A DNA stretch of 64,000 nt, taken from Podarcis bocagei. Taxonomy: Eukaryota. Below the pieces are notes generated by a model. The model worked only from the letters and a program-made list of their open reading frames with translations. It did no database searches and had not been told where the DNA came from. The stretch lies in the NCBI GenBank assembly GCA_964188305.1, contig OZ076889.1; one strand, written 5' to 3'. Both the position numbers and the translations under genes were made by a program. Positions 12,881-25,584 of the stretch are shown here, piece by piece (the first letter of the stretch is position 1; each line of letters starts with the position of its first letter).

Positions 12881-14042
12881 CTTTATCCATCTCCCCTCCC
12901 CACTCCCTCTGCAATCAAGATTAGATTGTTGTTCAACAGAGATGGTGCTGGAGGCCCTTGGTAGCCTCAACCCATGCAGCCCCCCTTCTGAGTACACTTT
13001 GCGGGGTTCGGTCGTAGGACAATAAATCAGTCCCTAATTGCTGCTAAGGTTGCAGGGGACCACCAGAGTCACTAACACACCAGACAAAGGCTGAGGAAGC
13101 AAGCACCTTGGCACTCGCCCTAAGTATTGTTAGGGAGGGTGGTTGAGTTGATGCATGTGTCTCCCCCACCCCACCTCACCTCAGATAATAGTAAGAAAAA
13201 TACAAGGGAACCAGCATTTTTCATCTGGGGAAAACAGACTAATTCATTGCTAATTTACCTCTGAAAAAGGCCTCTGACCCCTATTCTTAATCACTGCTTT
13301 GCATCAGGCGCTGCTCTAGGTGTTAGTGATTATGCCCTGTCCTTCATTAAGCCAGTAGCCCAGCCCCACAATATTTACTGACTTGCTCCCCTCCAAGTGG
13401 TCACAGTCTCGGGCTCAAATATGTGTTTGTATTTGTGCTGTTATAATCCAGAACCAGGCAGTACAAGCAATGAGGAAAATCAATGGTTCTTTTTATTTCC
13501 CCAGGGAGGCGTAGACGGGGAGTTAACTGCCACGACAGTTTGGGCTGGAGCCAACACCGCTGTTCCCTTCTGATTTGGTCATTCCTGTCACATAGGGAGC
13601 CAAGCTAGTCTTCTTGCACCGTTGCAACAGAGACTAAGCTGTTCGCCAAACAGTATTCACCCTCTTCCTACCCACAAAAAAATTACCTTACTGAGTAAAG
13701 CTAAGCTTTTGGTTTAACTTGCCTACTTACCTGTTTAAAATTAGTTTGCTTGTAACACTTTTTAAAAAAACACTGAAGTACTTTAATGAAGTTTGGTGCG
13801 CATGTTCTAGATTTCAAGTTTTAAAACCAGCTCAGCCTCCATACCCATCCTCAAAGTGAGAGAGGGACGTGCAAAATATTATGGTATTTGCCTAAAAGGC
13901 AGAGACATCAGGAAGAATGTTGGTGTGCACGTTAGAACATTTTTTTAAAAAGGGATGCAGATTACAAAATATCTTGATACATGATTATTTAAAGTAAGAA
14001 CTCTAGAATGTTGTCATTTACTAATAATATTTGTGCTTTATT

Positions 14043-14128
14043 AGTATTATATGTATTGCACAAATGTTCTTAAATGGAACATTTAAGTATTATATGTATT
14101 GCACAAATGTTCTTAAATGGAGCAATTA
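14043..14128. repeat. Tandem duplication, 43-bp period, 2 copies
   Basis: agtattatatgtattgcacaaatgttcttaaatgga is identical at 14043 and 14086. Confidence 0.95.
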
Positions 14129-14299
14129 ATACCTAGAAGGACAGCTATTACCAAAAGGACACTCGGCTCAAAATCAGAACAAACTGCCAAAATGTGTGCT
14201 TATTGGTTTCATGCATCTCCCACTCTTCCTTTAGAACTAATTAGTTAAGAAATGAGCTAACTTTTATATCAAATTCTGCTCCCCTTTGTTTTACCATGT

Positions 14300-14432
14300 T
14301 TGTCTCACAACCAACCCAGTGTGGTAGGCTATACTGAAAGATAGTGACTGTTCAAGCCATGTGGAGCTTGGCTGAGTGGAGATTTAAACCCAAGTTTCCC
14401 ACATACAAATCAATATTCTAGTCGCAACACCA
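14300..14432 (-). mobile_element. MIR/CORE-like SINE fragment
   Basis: cacaaccaacccagtgtggtagg...ggctgagtggagatttaaaccc; resembles 51065-51300. Confidence 0.55.
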
Positions 14433-14994
14433 CAAATGTTTTCATACACTCTGTTTACAGAGAAAAACAATTGTAGATCCACCATTCCATCAAAAGCCAG
14501 GGATCCTAAGGGCTAGGGCAATATTGCAGGAAGGGTTGGATGGGCCAGGCCCAGAATAAAACCTTTTCCTTGAGATGGGTTTCCAGTCAGGCTATCAGAG
14601 CTGTTGCCAGCATTTATATATCCAAATAGGTGCAGGCATGACTGTTGTGCAATACGAGAGGCCAAGAAGGGAAGATGGCCCAGGGGTGGGGGTGGAGAAG
14701 GGGCACAGATGCAGCTAACTGGCTGGGTAGGCATGATGTCTGTCTACGTTCTCAACTACAGGGGTTGAGATGGACCTTGCACACACTCTGATGTGTTCAA
14801 CTCAGTGACGGCCAACTCATCTTGAAGAGACATTTTCTTCAGGGAGGAATTAACATTTACAAATGAGACCTATTAGAGTAAATAAAGGCGATTGTCATTT
14901 GGCTCAGGAGGCAATGGAGATCATAGGCTTAGATACAAATCTGATTAGTGAGATGCGCCATTTGGAGGGGGAGGCAGCCTTTGGCACTGATTGG

Positions 14995-15020
<26 letters not shown>
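14995..15020. repeat. (TG)n microsatellite
   Basis: Directly visible. Confidence 0.95.
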
Positions 15021-15025
<5 letters not shown>

Positions 15026-15231
15026 ATTTAGTGACTTGGACACAGGAGCATTATGCATTTAGCCTAGGCAAAGCAGCAGAATGGCAGGGGACATGCTTAT
15101 GAGGCAGATTTGGAATGGACTAGGCAGGTTGGTGAGGAATATTACCACAATTATCAGGTCAAAATAATCAGGACATGGGGGCACTAAACAGAATGACACC
15201 GTTGAGACCAACAGTATATCTTCCTTTGCAA

Positions 15232-15608
15232 GGGTTGTGGGTGGCATTGTGGTCTAAACCACTGAGCCTCTGGGGCTTGCTGATCAGAAGGTCAGCAGTT
15301 TGAATCTGTGCGACTGGGTGAGCTCCTGTTGCTCCATCCCAGCTTCTGTCAACCTAGCAGTTTGAAAGCACACCAGTGCAAGTAGATAAATAGGTATCAC
15401 TTCGTCAGCAAGGTAAACGGTGTTTCCGTGCGCTCTGGCTTCCATCACGGTGTTCCGTAGTGCCAGAAGTGGTTTAGTCATGCTGGCCGCATGACCCGTC
15501 TGTGGACAAATGCCGGCTCCCTCGGCCTGAAAGCAAGATGAGCGACACACCCCAAAGTCGCCTTTGACTGGACTTAACTGTACAGGGGTCCTATACCTTT
15601 TTACCTTA
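15232..15608 (+). mobile_element. Sauria SINE, full length, moderately diverged
   Basis: tRNA-like head gtggcattgtggtctaaaccactgagcc, body gtgcaagtagataaataggta...aaggtaaacgg, and an (ACCTTT)-like tail; homologous to 63198-63574. Confidence 0.9.
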
Positions 15609-18219
15609 CATTACTTTTAAACTAGCATACAAAAAAAACAAACCTGTTACTGAGTTGAGTGGTCTGATTAGAATGCAATAATGCCCTCATATACCATGTC
15701 ATGCTGGGGTAAAAGGCCATAAGCTCCAATAGATTTGATGGCAAAACCAGCAAGAAAGGAAAGAGGAGAGGAAAGACAAATTAGGATCACCAAAGTAAAG
15801 CACCAAATGCTGTTGCCTACAAACTCAACTGAAGAAGAAAAATGCCTCCGTACCTGAAAATGCTTCTTAACTGTTTTGGTAACCTGAGGAGGGTCTTTCC
15901 TAGTAAAGTATCAGAACAGTAGGGAGGCTGACCTGGAGCAAGTTCCAAACAAACTGAAATTGGGGGTGAGGTGCTGCAACTTTTAATCCACGTTTCCCAG
16001 AAAGAAAGTCTGATTTATGCAAATAGAAATGTGGAGCTTCTTGAAAGAGAACCAGTACGCGACACACCAATCTTGTGAAGTAACTTGCTGCCTGTTTTTT
16101 CTAGTGATACTCACCACATCATCACAAAACCACAAAGAAAGAAGATATGCACAAGGCCTGGTGAAAACTGGAGTGGCAGAAGATTTCACACTAACAGCTT
16201 GCCACACGCAAGCATCACCCAGGTTCACTGCAGCCAGTGTTGCTTGTGTTAACTTTAAAAAAATAAATGCCTGGACATTATAAAGGTCCCCAATTGTTCC
16301 TTGGCTACATAATCCTGGAGTGTACCATGGACAGGGGTAGTTTTGGCTCTCACGAGAGCGTGCTTTAGGAATGCGTAAAATATATGGGCCTAGAAATAGT
16401 TAAAGAATGAACAGGGATGGGGCTCTGTGGACTTTAATAATAGTAACTCCTCATTCTCATAGTTTTTATCCTTCCTGTCTTTGGCCTACAAAAAAATTCT
16501 CAGCTAAACTACTGACACCGGCTGGGAGCTTAGAACTCCCAAATCAAACAGGGCCCTTGATTCTCCAGCACATAATTGTGCTGCCCTTTCACCCCCACCT
16601 TCAATCAGTGCCGTTTAACTATCTCGTTTAGCCTACGCGACCCACCCCTCTGCTAACTAGCAGCCATATTCTTCTCATTAGGACAGAGGCTGCTCTTGCT
16701 TTACAGACAAGTAGAGACAAATCTGTAATGTCTCTCTCAACACAGTTATATATAGAAAGGGTTTGACGGGGGGGGGGGGTCAGGCAATCATGGTCTCCCA
16801 CAAAACAGCCCAGCTTGCATCTGTCTCAGCCTGAATAATAAACCAGAAAAATTACTGTATTTACCTTGCTCTTATTCCAGTAAATAAACATCAGGAAAGG
16901 GGGGGCAGTGGTAGGGAGGTTCACTCACCACAGAGTATATCTTTATACAAAATGGCTGCCCTTACTGTGGGACAAAATGTTTCCAAGGTAAAGAGACAAG
17001 CACTCTCACAAAGCCTTGGGTAGTCTTTGTTCATCAGGAGTACCTTTCTCCAGAACAAGAAAAATTATGACTTTTTGTTCAAGAGCAAACTGTACCTCTC
17101 TGCAGTAGTGCAGCTAGCAATGCTGGGTGAAGTTGGGTTAATTATTCATTCTGTGTACTCATCCTCTGCCTGAGAGGTTCACTTTTAAACTTCTCAGTCT
17201 TATGGGTCACTCAGAATCCAGAAAAACCCAAGTATCACTATGCCAAACAAAATATCCCCAATCCTTCTGTAGTCTATTCCACCAATGAAGCATCCATATG
17301 CTATTATGTACACACACCTATTCTCTTATGTACCATTCCACTAGCTCTGTATTTGCTGTATTGTAGCGGTCAACTATCGGGCATAGAAAGCAGAATGATT
17401 CTCTTCAGCACAATGACCAGGACCTCTGACATGATAAATCAGCATCACCCAAGCCAAAGTATATCAACTGTTATGCTCCTGTTGTTCCAGAAATTTTTGG
17501 AAGCCCAACATGAAAAATTGAGAATGGAATACACCAATCTTCTGCAGACTATATATCAGTAACCATTCATTGGCCAATATCTATTACTTAGTTTTCAGGC
17601 CACAGGAAATACAGGGCTTCCAGGTACCATCCAAACACCAGGCTCGAGATTTTATATTGTTGAAGGATAGAACCTCAAGTATAGCTTTGAGAGCTATTGA
17701 AATGAAATTATATTAAGACAATGTTCAGCCTTTCCCATCCTATACTGACACCATGTTAAGGTACTTAACTGTATAAATAGATTTTCAGAAATACATCAGT
17801 GGAAGAACTGGTTCATTTCCTTACTCCAATACATGTAGGTGTGTTTCTTTGGTAGAGACCTATCAGTAAATAATATAATAAGTATCAATAGAAATAAAAC
17901 CAGCAGCTGCCCCAAAGTGATGGAAGTTATATGAGACAAAGATGTAGATCAGTTAATTAGGTTTTCCTCCTTTTCTGATGATGAGAACCCCAGCTGGGGG
18001 GGGGGACCTTACTTCTTCCTAAAAGCTGGTGGCCTACCACAGAACATGTCTTTTGGGTGGTGACACCTATTCTTTGAACTCCACCTCCTAACACAGTGCA
18101 GCAGACTCAAGAACTTGCCCCTTTAAAACTTTCCTTTACAGGCCTGCTTTTTATTACAAGGGCTTGGGGTTTTTGTTTTTTTAATGCCTACTTCAAGTTT
18201 ACCATGTTGTTCTTTTTAT

Positions 18220-18370
18220 TAAGAACACAAGAAGAGCTTGCTGGATCAGGCCAAGGGCCCATCTAGTCTGCCAACCTGTGTTCACAGTGGCCAACCAGAT
18301 ACCTATTGGAAGCCCACTTGCTCCGCAGCTGCAGTTTCCAGCAACTGGTAATTCAGAAATATACTGCTTC
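18220..18370 (-). mobile_element. CR1-type LINE 3' tail fragment
   Basis: aagaacacaagaagagcttgctggatcaggccaagggccccatctagtc...cacagtggccaaccaga is a common squamate CR1 3' end in reverse orientation. Confidence 0.65.
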
Positions 18371-18599
18371 CAAATTTTGTACTTTTTCTGCATTGTTCAA
18401 ATTCTCTGAATTATTAATTGTACCTCATTGTAGGGTTTATTATTATTATTTTAAAAAAACATGTTGCAAAATAAAAAGTGAAAAGTTTGGGTTTTTTCTT
18501 AAATCGGGGCAGCTACTTGTTGCAGAAATGCATGGTTTTGGTCACGTTACTAACATTCTATACTGATATATACCAGAAGCCATGTATTTGAGCTTGAAA

Positions 18600-18745
18600 G
18601 TTGGACAATCTTTCCCAGGCCTGCAAAAGAGCTCTGTGATGTTTTAAAGCTTGTCTCTTCTTCCAAGAAATGGTAGTCCAATAAGAGATTCTACTTGACC
18701 CACCTTGTCAGTCTCTTGCTTGCATCCTGGGACTAATACGGCTGT
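18600..18745 (+). mobile_element. Penelope-like element terminal fragment
   Basis: aaagcttgtctct...gtccaataagagattctacttgacccaccttgtc...cctgggactaatacggct resembles sauropsid Penelope termini. Confidence 0.45.
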
Positions 18746-20219
18746 GATCAGCTATTAAAAACATTCCAAGTTCATTATCTTGCAAAGACCAGCCAGGACA
18801 TGGGGCAGTGAGGCTTAAACCAATTAACAGAACACTTCAGTTTTTAAGCAAGAAGAAGCTGTGAGTCAGGTCTTCAAGAGAGGGATGTCAATGCAACAGG
18901 AAGAAACATGTCACGGGTCACAGCAACTCTGAACAGAGGGGCCTGTTAGATCTTAACGATGGTTGGGAAAAGCTGGTCAACTCAGGTCAGATAGTGCTGT
19001 TGCCAAGTCTGGGCTCTGCCACAGAATGCTTCCAAAGAAAGAAAACTTGAAGTTTTCAAGAGCAATATAGAAGTCAGCCAGATCCCCCAGAAAACAGGAA
19101 TCCTGCAAGCAGCACAGTGCGAAAGTGAATGATCAAGCTCCTCATATACTGGCAAAAATCTCATGTAGTCCCTAAACAAAATACCTGGTGAACGTATGCA
19201 GGAATTTCACCTCTGATTTTAGTGAAAAGAAAACAAACAGATGAAAATAACAAAAATGAATCAAAAGGATTAAACAAAAAACCCTGGACTTAGTTTTAAC
19301 TAGGACAGCTCTTTCTGTTAGGCTGACAGAAATAAATACATAAATGGATGGTTAAAGAGATTATTTTGTCCTGACCATGAACACTTAAGAAGAAAATGCT
19401 CAACATGAAAGAGCCTCTTTCAGAAACAAATGGTGTCAAAGGAAAAACACTTATTCTAATTATAAAATTAATATTATCATACCACCCAGCTTCGTATCTT
19501 GCTTCTGAGTGAAGTTACATAGAACCAGAAATCAAAGGCAAGGAAGGGCCTAGTAGGTATGCAGAACAAAAACAGGATGTGTTATGAATTCCAAAGACGA
19601 ATTCCAATTTGAGAAGTATTTGGCATCTCTAATTATAAAAAAATCTCTGAGCCCAGTTTTTAAACTGCTCTCCTTTCCTCATCTCAAGCCAGGTAAGACA
19701 AGAGGAGAAGCTGGTAGTTGTTCTGGGCTTAAAAACTTCCAATAGATTAATGATTAAAAATTCAGTAATACACAATCAAAACACTCATAGGTAAACCCTG
19801 AAAGAGACAAAACATCACGGCAGAGACAGTCAAGGGTGATCAATTTTGAATGAAACCATTTTTTGGCCTTAAAATCCAGAACATTTTGTGACGACATCCA
19901 CCTGTCTCCAGTTTGAAAGTCCTGATAACTAGTTCCAAACAGAGCAAACTAAATTTATGCCCATTTAGCACAGTGGCTACGGTAAGTCAACATCCCATTA
20001 TTAGCTGTCCATTAGTCAATTGGCTTTAGGTGGGAGAACTATGTTTAAAAGATCACGCTATACCTCACACATGCTGGGTAGCAAGACACCCCTTACTGTC
20101 CCCTTGTCCAAAGGGAAACTTCTTTAAAGGCCTATTTCAATCCTTGCCAACCCTTTTTTGCTAGAGGAAAAGGGGAGGGATAGTAGGAAGTTAAAGAGAA
20201 TTGTCTTGCTACTCAAAGC

Positions 20220-21020
20220 CTTTAACAACTATTTTTAATATCAGGCTGAGGAGCTGGATTTTGAAATGAAACAGCCAGTTCCCCTTTGATGCAGGAACTA
20301 CAGATCTTGAAACAAGGTCCATTCCCTCCTCCTTCACTAACTAACAGCCATATTTCTCTCATTAAAAGGCAATCTGACTGTATTTCCAAACTTCTTAACA
20401 AGGCGATCACCGTAATTTGAGGTTTCTATTATCCCTGTCCTATTTCAGTTGGATCGAGAAGCAGTGTGCTCTTTGGGGGCTGGGGGGGTGCAGTTGCCTC
20501 TGTTCACCACCCTCTCAAACTGCTGCCAGTGATAATGATGACTTGTGAATATTGATTAAACAAGACTACCGAGAGGGGGATGTTGGCTTTTTTTTGTTCT
20601 GGGTGGAAGCAGATAATAAGAAATAAAATATAAGCCAAATCAAAATAAAGTTTGTTTATCTCCCATCTAGAGTTTGGTCTTATACCTCCTGGAGAATACA
20701 AATTAATCTGATGCACCCTTTCTCCTTCCTATCACTTCCAATCTCCCACCACCCTGTCCCCTTCCCAAACGCATAGAGCCAGCGCTCCAAAACACCTCCC
20801 TCTTTGGATCGTTCTCTGCCCGCCCAGCACCCTCACTCCTCTGAGCCAGCTCTGCCAGATGGATGCAATTTGCATAATATCACCAGCAGAGGCTGCAGGA
20901 TCAACAGGGGTCAGGCTCTGACATCTCCAGCACAGTCTATCTCCGAGTGCTAATTTGGACTGCATTGATCTCTCTTTCTGATTTCTTTGTCATTTATGTC
21001 TGCAGCAGTTTGACAGGAGA
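20220..21020. promoter_or_regulatory. Putative enhancer-like block(s) with POU, TCF and homeodomain motifs
   Basis: Repeat-free. CCTTTGAT (TCF/LEF) near 20283, AATTAATC, octamer ATTTGCAT at 20868-20875, GCTAATT and TGACAG. Inference only. Confidence 0.4.
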
Positions 21021-22959
21021 TATGGAGACAGGCAAGGTGGGGGGGAGAGAGGCAAGTGGGGGGAGGCAAGGAGAGAAACAAAGATTGTAGTTACAGATGT
21101 CTTTAAGGAAAGAAAAAGATTAAGCCAAGGACTCCGCTGAGGGTCGAAGCTCAGAGACATCCTAATTACCTTGTTCTTAGGGATTCTTGTACAGACTTAG
21201 AGGGGGGTCTTGTCATGGAACTTGCAGGAAAGGAAACTTGTTAAATTGCAATGGAGTGCCTCCAGTTGGCTGCTATCCACACACCCCCACAGCCCACCCC
21301 CATGCCACACCTCTCAGTGGTTTCTCATTAGGTAAATGCAGGGCTGCTAAAAGCCAGAATCATCCACCAGCACATCCTCACCTCCACACCTCTCCAGAAT
21401 GTCTCATTAAAAACAAAAACAAGGCCGCTCCATAATGCAGCCAGGTGCCAGCTCAAAAAGCTGGCAATGAGCAATCTCCCTGCCACACACCCATGGTTTG
21501 GAATGTAATGGGGAAAGTCCAGCCCCTCTCCCCAGCACCATCAGTGCCCAGCCACAATGCAGGATGCTTTCTGCTTTGATTATGTTTTCACATTGTTTTA
21601 TGCATTTAATATTCAACTTTAATGTCAACCAACTTGAGGGCCTTTGATAGACAGAAAAGATGTGGCAGGGGTCAAGCATGCTACAAATACTCTCCTACTT
21701 TAAGCAAAGCTCTGTTAGATACACCTATTCAAAACATTCCATTTACACTCATTTTTATGCACTTTGCACAATCTTTTGCCTGCCCATTTCCCAAAGCATC
21801 AAGTTTCAACATGTTGGTAGTCAGCCAGCATTTGAAGTAGGCCCCAATATCTCCTCTTCCCCAAGTCCCCTGTCTCTCCCACACAGAAGACTTGGGAGAA
21901 GAATTCAGTCTCTCACCACATACTAGGCTTGAACCCTTTCAGAAACAGCACTGGGAAATGTTTCTATCCACTTGAAAAAGTTTCCAGATCATGGTGCAAG
22001 CAAAATCTCTTTACCTCTCTTTCCCCCAAGCTCTAAAGAAGATTGGAGAGAGAAGGGATCATTCTAGCATCTTGCACAGGATTCACTTATGAGTGTCTCC
22101 CAGACCAGCATCAGCTATGGAGTCTGCACAACCTGCTTCCTGATTTGGATGAAGAGCTGTTTTAAGAAGAGGAGGAGGAGGAGGAATATTAAAAAATGAG
22201 TTTTTCCAAAGTCCCATGCTCTTTGTGTGCATGTGTGAAGCTGTACAAAACAGCTTCACAAACTCTGTTCCTAGCCTTTTCTAATGTACTGACATCACCT
22301 CAGTCCTCAACTTCAGGGAAGGCAGGTACAGGATATGTGTTTGATGTGTTGCAGATCCAGCTTGTGAAAATCCAGACACAGGCTAAGGATGACCCTCTCC
22401 TAACACTAGTCAGAGCCTGAGGTCCAGACATTCAGTGACATGAGTGAGCACATTTAGACAAGGCTGTTCCATGCCCTCACCAAAATCCACCATTTAATCC
22501 GGCTAACTGCTGGGGTTTTTTTCTTCTAAAAGGAGAAGCATTTGAATATGCATGTATTTGTGTGGTTTAAACAACATACACATGAATGAGTAAGTTTCTC
22601 TGCAGCATTCCTCCCCAATAGTTTTGAAGAAAGAAGCTGCACTAATTACTGCATGCAGCAAAAAAAAACCAAAACAAACCCATATGGTCTGGACTGTATC
22701 ACTAGCAATCAAGCTAAAATGGCCACTGCAGCTCACTTGGCAGGGACCATCATGGATAGCCTACCCAAAATATTATGGGTCTACCTTTGCCATTGCTGGG
22801 TGTGGAAAGTATGTTGCAGTGAATAGCAGAATGACATAGAAAGACAAGAAGTCAACACAAACACCCAATCATATTCTATCATCCCACCCCCACCCCCACC
22901 CCGCAACCCAGTTTCTTTGTTAACCATAGGAAACAGTTGAAAGGCCTTGAGTCCTCCAT

Positions 22960-23420
22960 TGTAACATGCATAGGAATAGAGCAGCAGTGATAAGAACATG
23001 CCCCCTGCCGCTGCAAGGAAAAAAGAAGCGCTGAATCTTTGCTAAAAAGGGCTGAACGCTGGCAAGAGTGTTCTGTCACTTTTGCGCACAGTAATCCACT
23101 GTGCCACTGAGTCCCATCAGAGGGATTTTGAAAACTTAAATGACTGAAAGCAAAAGAGCACCAGCTCAAGGTTCCCAGCCAGCCCAGACATCCTAATTAG
23201 CTTTACACACACTCCCACTCGGAGGGGAGAGAGCACACACACAAAAAGGACTGTCACTTTGCTTTTTTCTCTTTCTAAAAGCGTGTCTGCGCTTACTGGC
23301 TTTCCCACTGTGACACCTCTCACAGTAGTTAATTAGAATCATGTCACCACGTTAATGCGCTCTGACTGGACGCTGACAGACATTCGGCCTGTATCCTGCC
23401 CAAACCCCCTCCTCCCAGAC
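22960..23420. promoter_or_regulatory. Putative enhancer-like block containing copy A of a 54-bp module
   Basis: Retained CpGs, CTAATTAG, CTGTCA, GTGACA, TTAATTAG and TGACAG; 23327-23380 matches 27466-27519. Confidence 0.5.
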
Positions 23421-24789
23421 CAACAGTACCTACGCAAAGCACCTCTCTGCTTCCAAAAACCTCTCCTCACATCCTGGGCAGAAAGGGCCTTGTCTCGTCC
23501 ACCCGCCTGCCAGCCCATACTCTCTCCTTGCCAGAAATATCTGCCATATTGCCTCACTCACAGAGCATCCGCTTCACCTGTTTTGAGCTTCCTGACCTTT
23601 AGCAGCACTAATTCAAAATGACACTGCTCATTTGATGACATTTCTGATGATTTTTATTTTAGTCTCTTTTAATTATTTAACTCTGGAGTCTTTGGCCCTA
23701 TCCCTTAGGCTGTGAGACAGTTGGCCCCCTACCATAAATCTGGTCTAGGGCCACACCCCACTCCTGCCCATTCTCTGTGAGTAAGGGGCACCACAGTGAA
23801 TCAAACGTAGAGCAAGATGTTCAAAACAGACTGATGTGATGTAGTTTGAGAAACCTTAAAACTGGGAACTGGGCCATATCAGTCGCAAGATCTCCCACTT
23901 ATGTCAGAAAACCATTGCTTGGAAAGCTATCAAGGGACCAGAATTTCCTCAGAGTTAGAAAGGCACTTTCTTTTTAAATACAATCAGATTCTGAAGAATC
24001 TGAGCAGCTACCAACTTCATCATGGCCATGCACACTTCAAGACTGAGCTGCATCTAACAAAGTTGTTCTGTTCATGTAAGGAATTCTTACACAATAGAAC
24101 TTCCTCTCCTCACCTCACCTCATGTACCAATCTGCTCTCAAGTTTTCCCCAAACCAGCAGGGCAAATTTGAGGAGTGGGGGGCATGCGGGGAAAAGAGAG
24201 GGAGGGGAAGTTCCTTGCATGAACAGGACAATTTCACTGGATTCAACCGTCTAAGAGGATTTCGCTACAGTTTGTCTGGAGCTTCTGCCAGGTAACTTAT
24301 CCATAGAAGCACATGGCACACAGGTCTTCAGGCATGCTAAAATTAGTATGTTTTCAGTGCCTTGGTTCTCTCTACCTTGAAGTCAAACAGTATGAAGGAA
24401 AGATATGCTATTAGATCATGTCTTTAATTCCCCCCCCCCCCATAATCACATTTTTCAATTCAATTCAATGTGCTTTTTTGGCTATTAGAAAAACTTTGAA
24501 ATATTTATATCTAAAATTATCAAGGCACACTAAGCACAAATGAAACAAACTATTTAGGGCAGCAGAATATATTCCAATTCAAAAATTTTCCACAGTATCC
24601 ACATTCACTGTTTGATACCCAAGACAAGTATTAATGAGAAGAGTATATACCCTGAAATGCAGAGAGGCCAAGAGAGTGCACAGAAACAAGAAAGAACATG
24701 CACAGTAAATAAAGTCCAAAAAGACTAAAACAGTGGATGAAGTGAAGCCAGGGCTCCCTTGCTGAGTGGTATGGAGTTGGTTGTGTGCT

Positions 24790-25025
24790 GACTGAATCTG
24801 TTAACAAATGAATATGCTGTCTCCTAGGTGAGCAGATCCAGGATGTGATGAACAAGTTGTCAAGTCTTATCAAGTTCACCGATCATTATTCTTTCTTGCT
24901 TTTCCCCAAGGTAATGAATTACACCAGAGACAACTATGAACGTATCACATTCGACTACAAAACTCTGAGGGGGGAGGTGAAGGACCTTGGGGCTCAGGTG
25001 ATGTCCTTGTCAATTCTTCCTGTAA
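24790..25025 (+). mobile_element. CR1 LINE ORF1 remnant (SGNH esterase-like domain)
   Basis: Translation ICCLLGEQIQDV..KLSSLIKFTDHYSFLL..ERITFDYKTLRGEVKDLGAQVMSLSILPV matches the recalled CR1 ORF1 pattern VCCLPGARIQDV..RLIKPxDRYPFLL..ERITADYxALGRRxKExGAQVVFSSILPV. Confidence 0.8.
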
Positions 25026-25309
25026 AACAGGAATGGGGAATCTTCAACCCACCCATCCTCTCCATGTGGATCCTGACTCTCTCCCCAGGCTATGTCCCCT
25101 TTCCCCTCACTGACTCACTGAAGTATGTCTCTCAGGAACCACAAGCGCTGAAAAATCCTGTAGATAAAAGTGCAGACCATTTTTTCCCCTTGCGCATTGC
25201 TGCAATGTGTCCCTAAGCTGTGGTAACAGAAAATATACAAGGGAAGTCCACCTTCCTGGGCAGAATGTGCCCTTCATTGTGAAAAACATGCTTATGATTT
25301 TGCCTTCTG

Positions 25310-25415
25310 GGATGTTGTGCTCCTATGAGCTTCCCTAACAGTTTGGCCATTGTGGGGACAGCATAATAGACTACACAGGCCTTTGGTCTGGTCCAACAGG
25401 GCTGTTCTTATGCTC
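25310..25415 (+). mobile_element. CR1-type 3' tail fragment nested within the CR1 ORF1 relic
   Basis: ttggccattgtg...tagactacacaggcctttggtctggtccaacagggctgttcttatg is the reverse complement of the 18220 family. Confidence 0.5.
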
Positions 25416-25584
25416 CACTAATCACATATTCCTCTTTTGGCTCCACTCCTTCCGTATTTTAGGTCTGGCCTGATTGCTCGTGTAACACAGTCCCTGGGAA
25501 GGAATTGGTTCTTGGGCTAAAAAAAATATTATTTTGGCTGCAAAAGGCAGATGACACAAAGAGTGGGGGGGGGGGATGAATACA

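Noticed and set aside
13490-13580. Plus-strand acceptor ttttttatttccccag followed by GGVDGELTATTVWAGANTAVPF*
   Set aside because: No convincing donor, an unrecognised peptide and an early stop.
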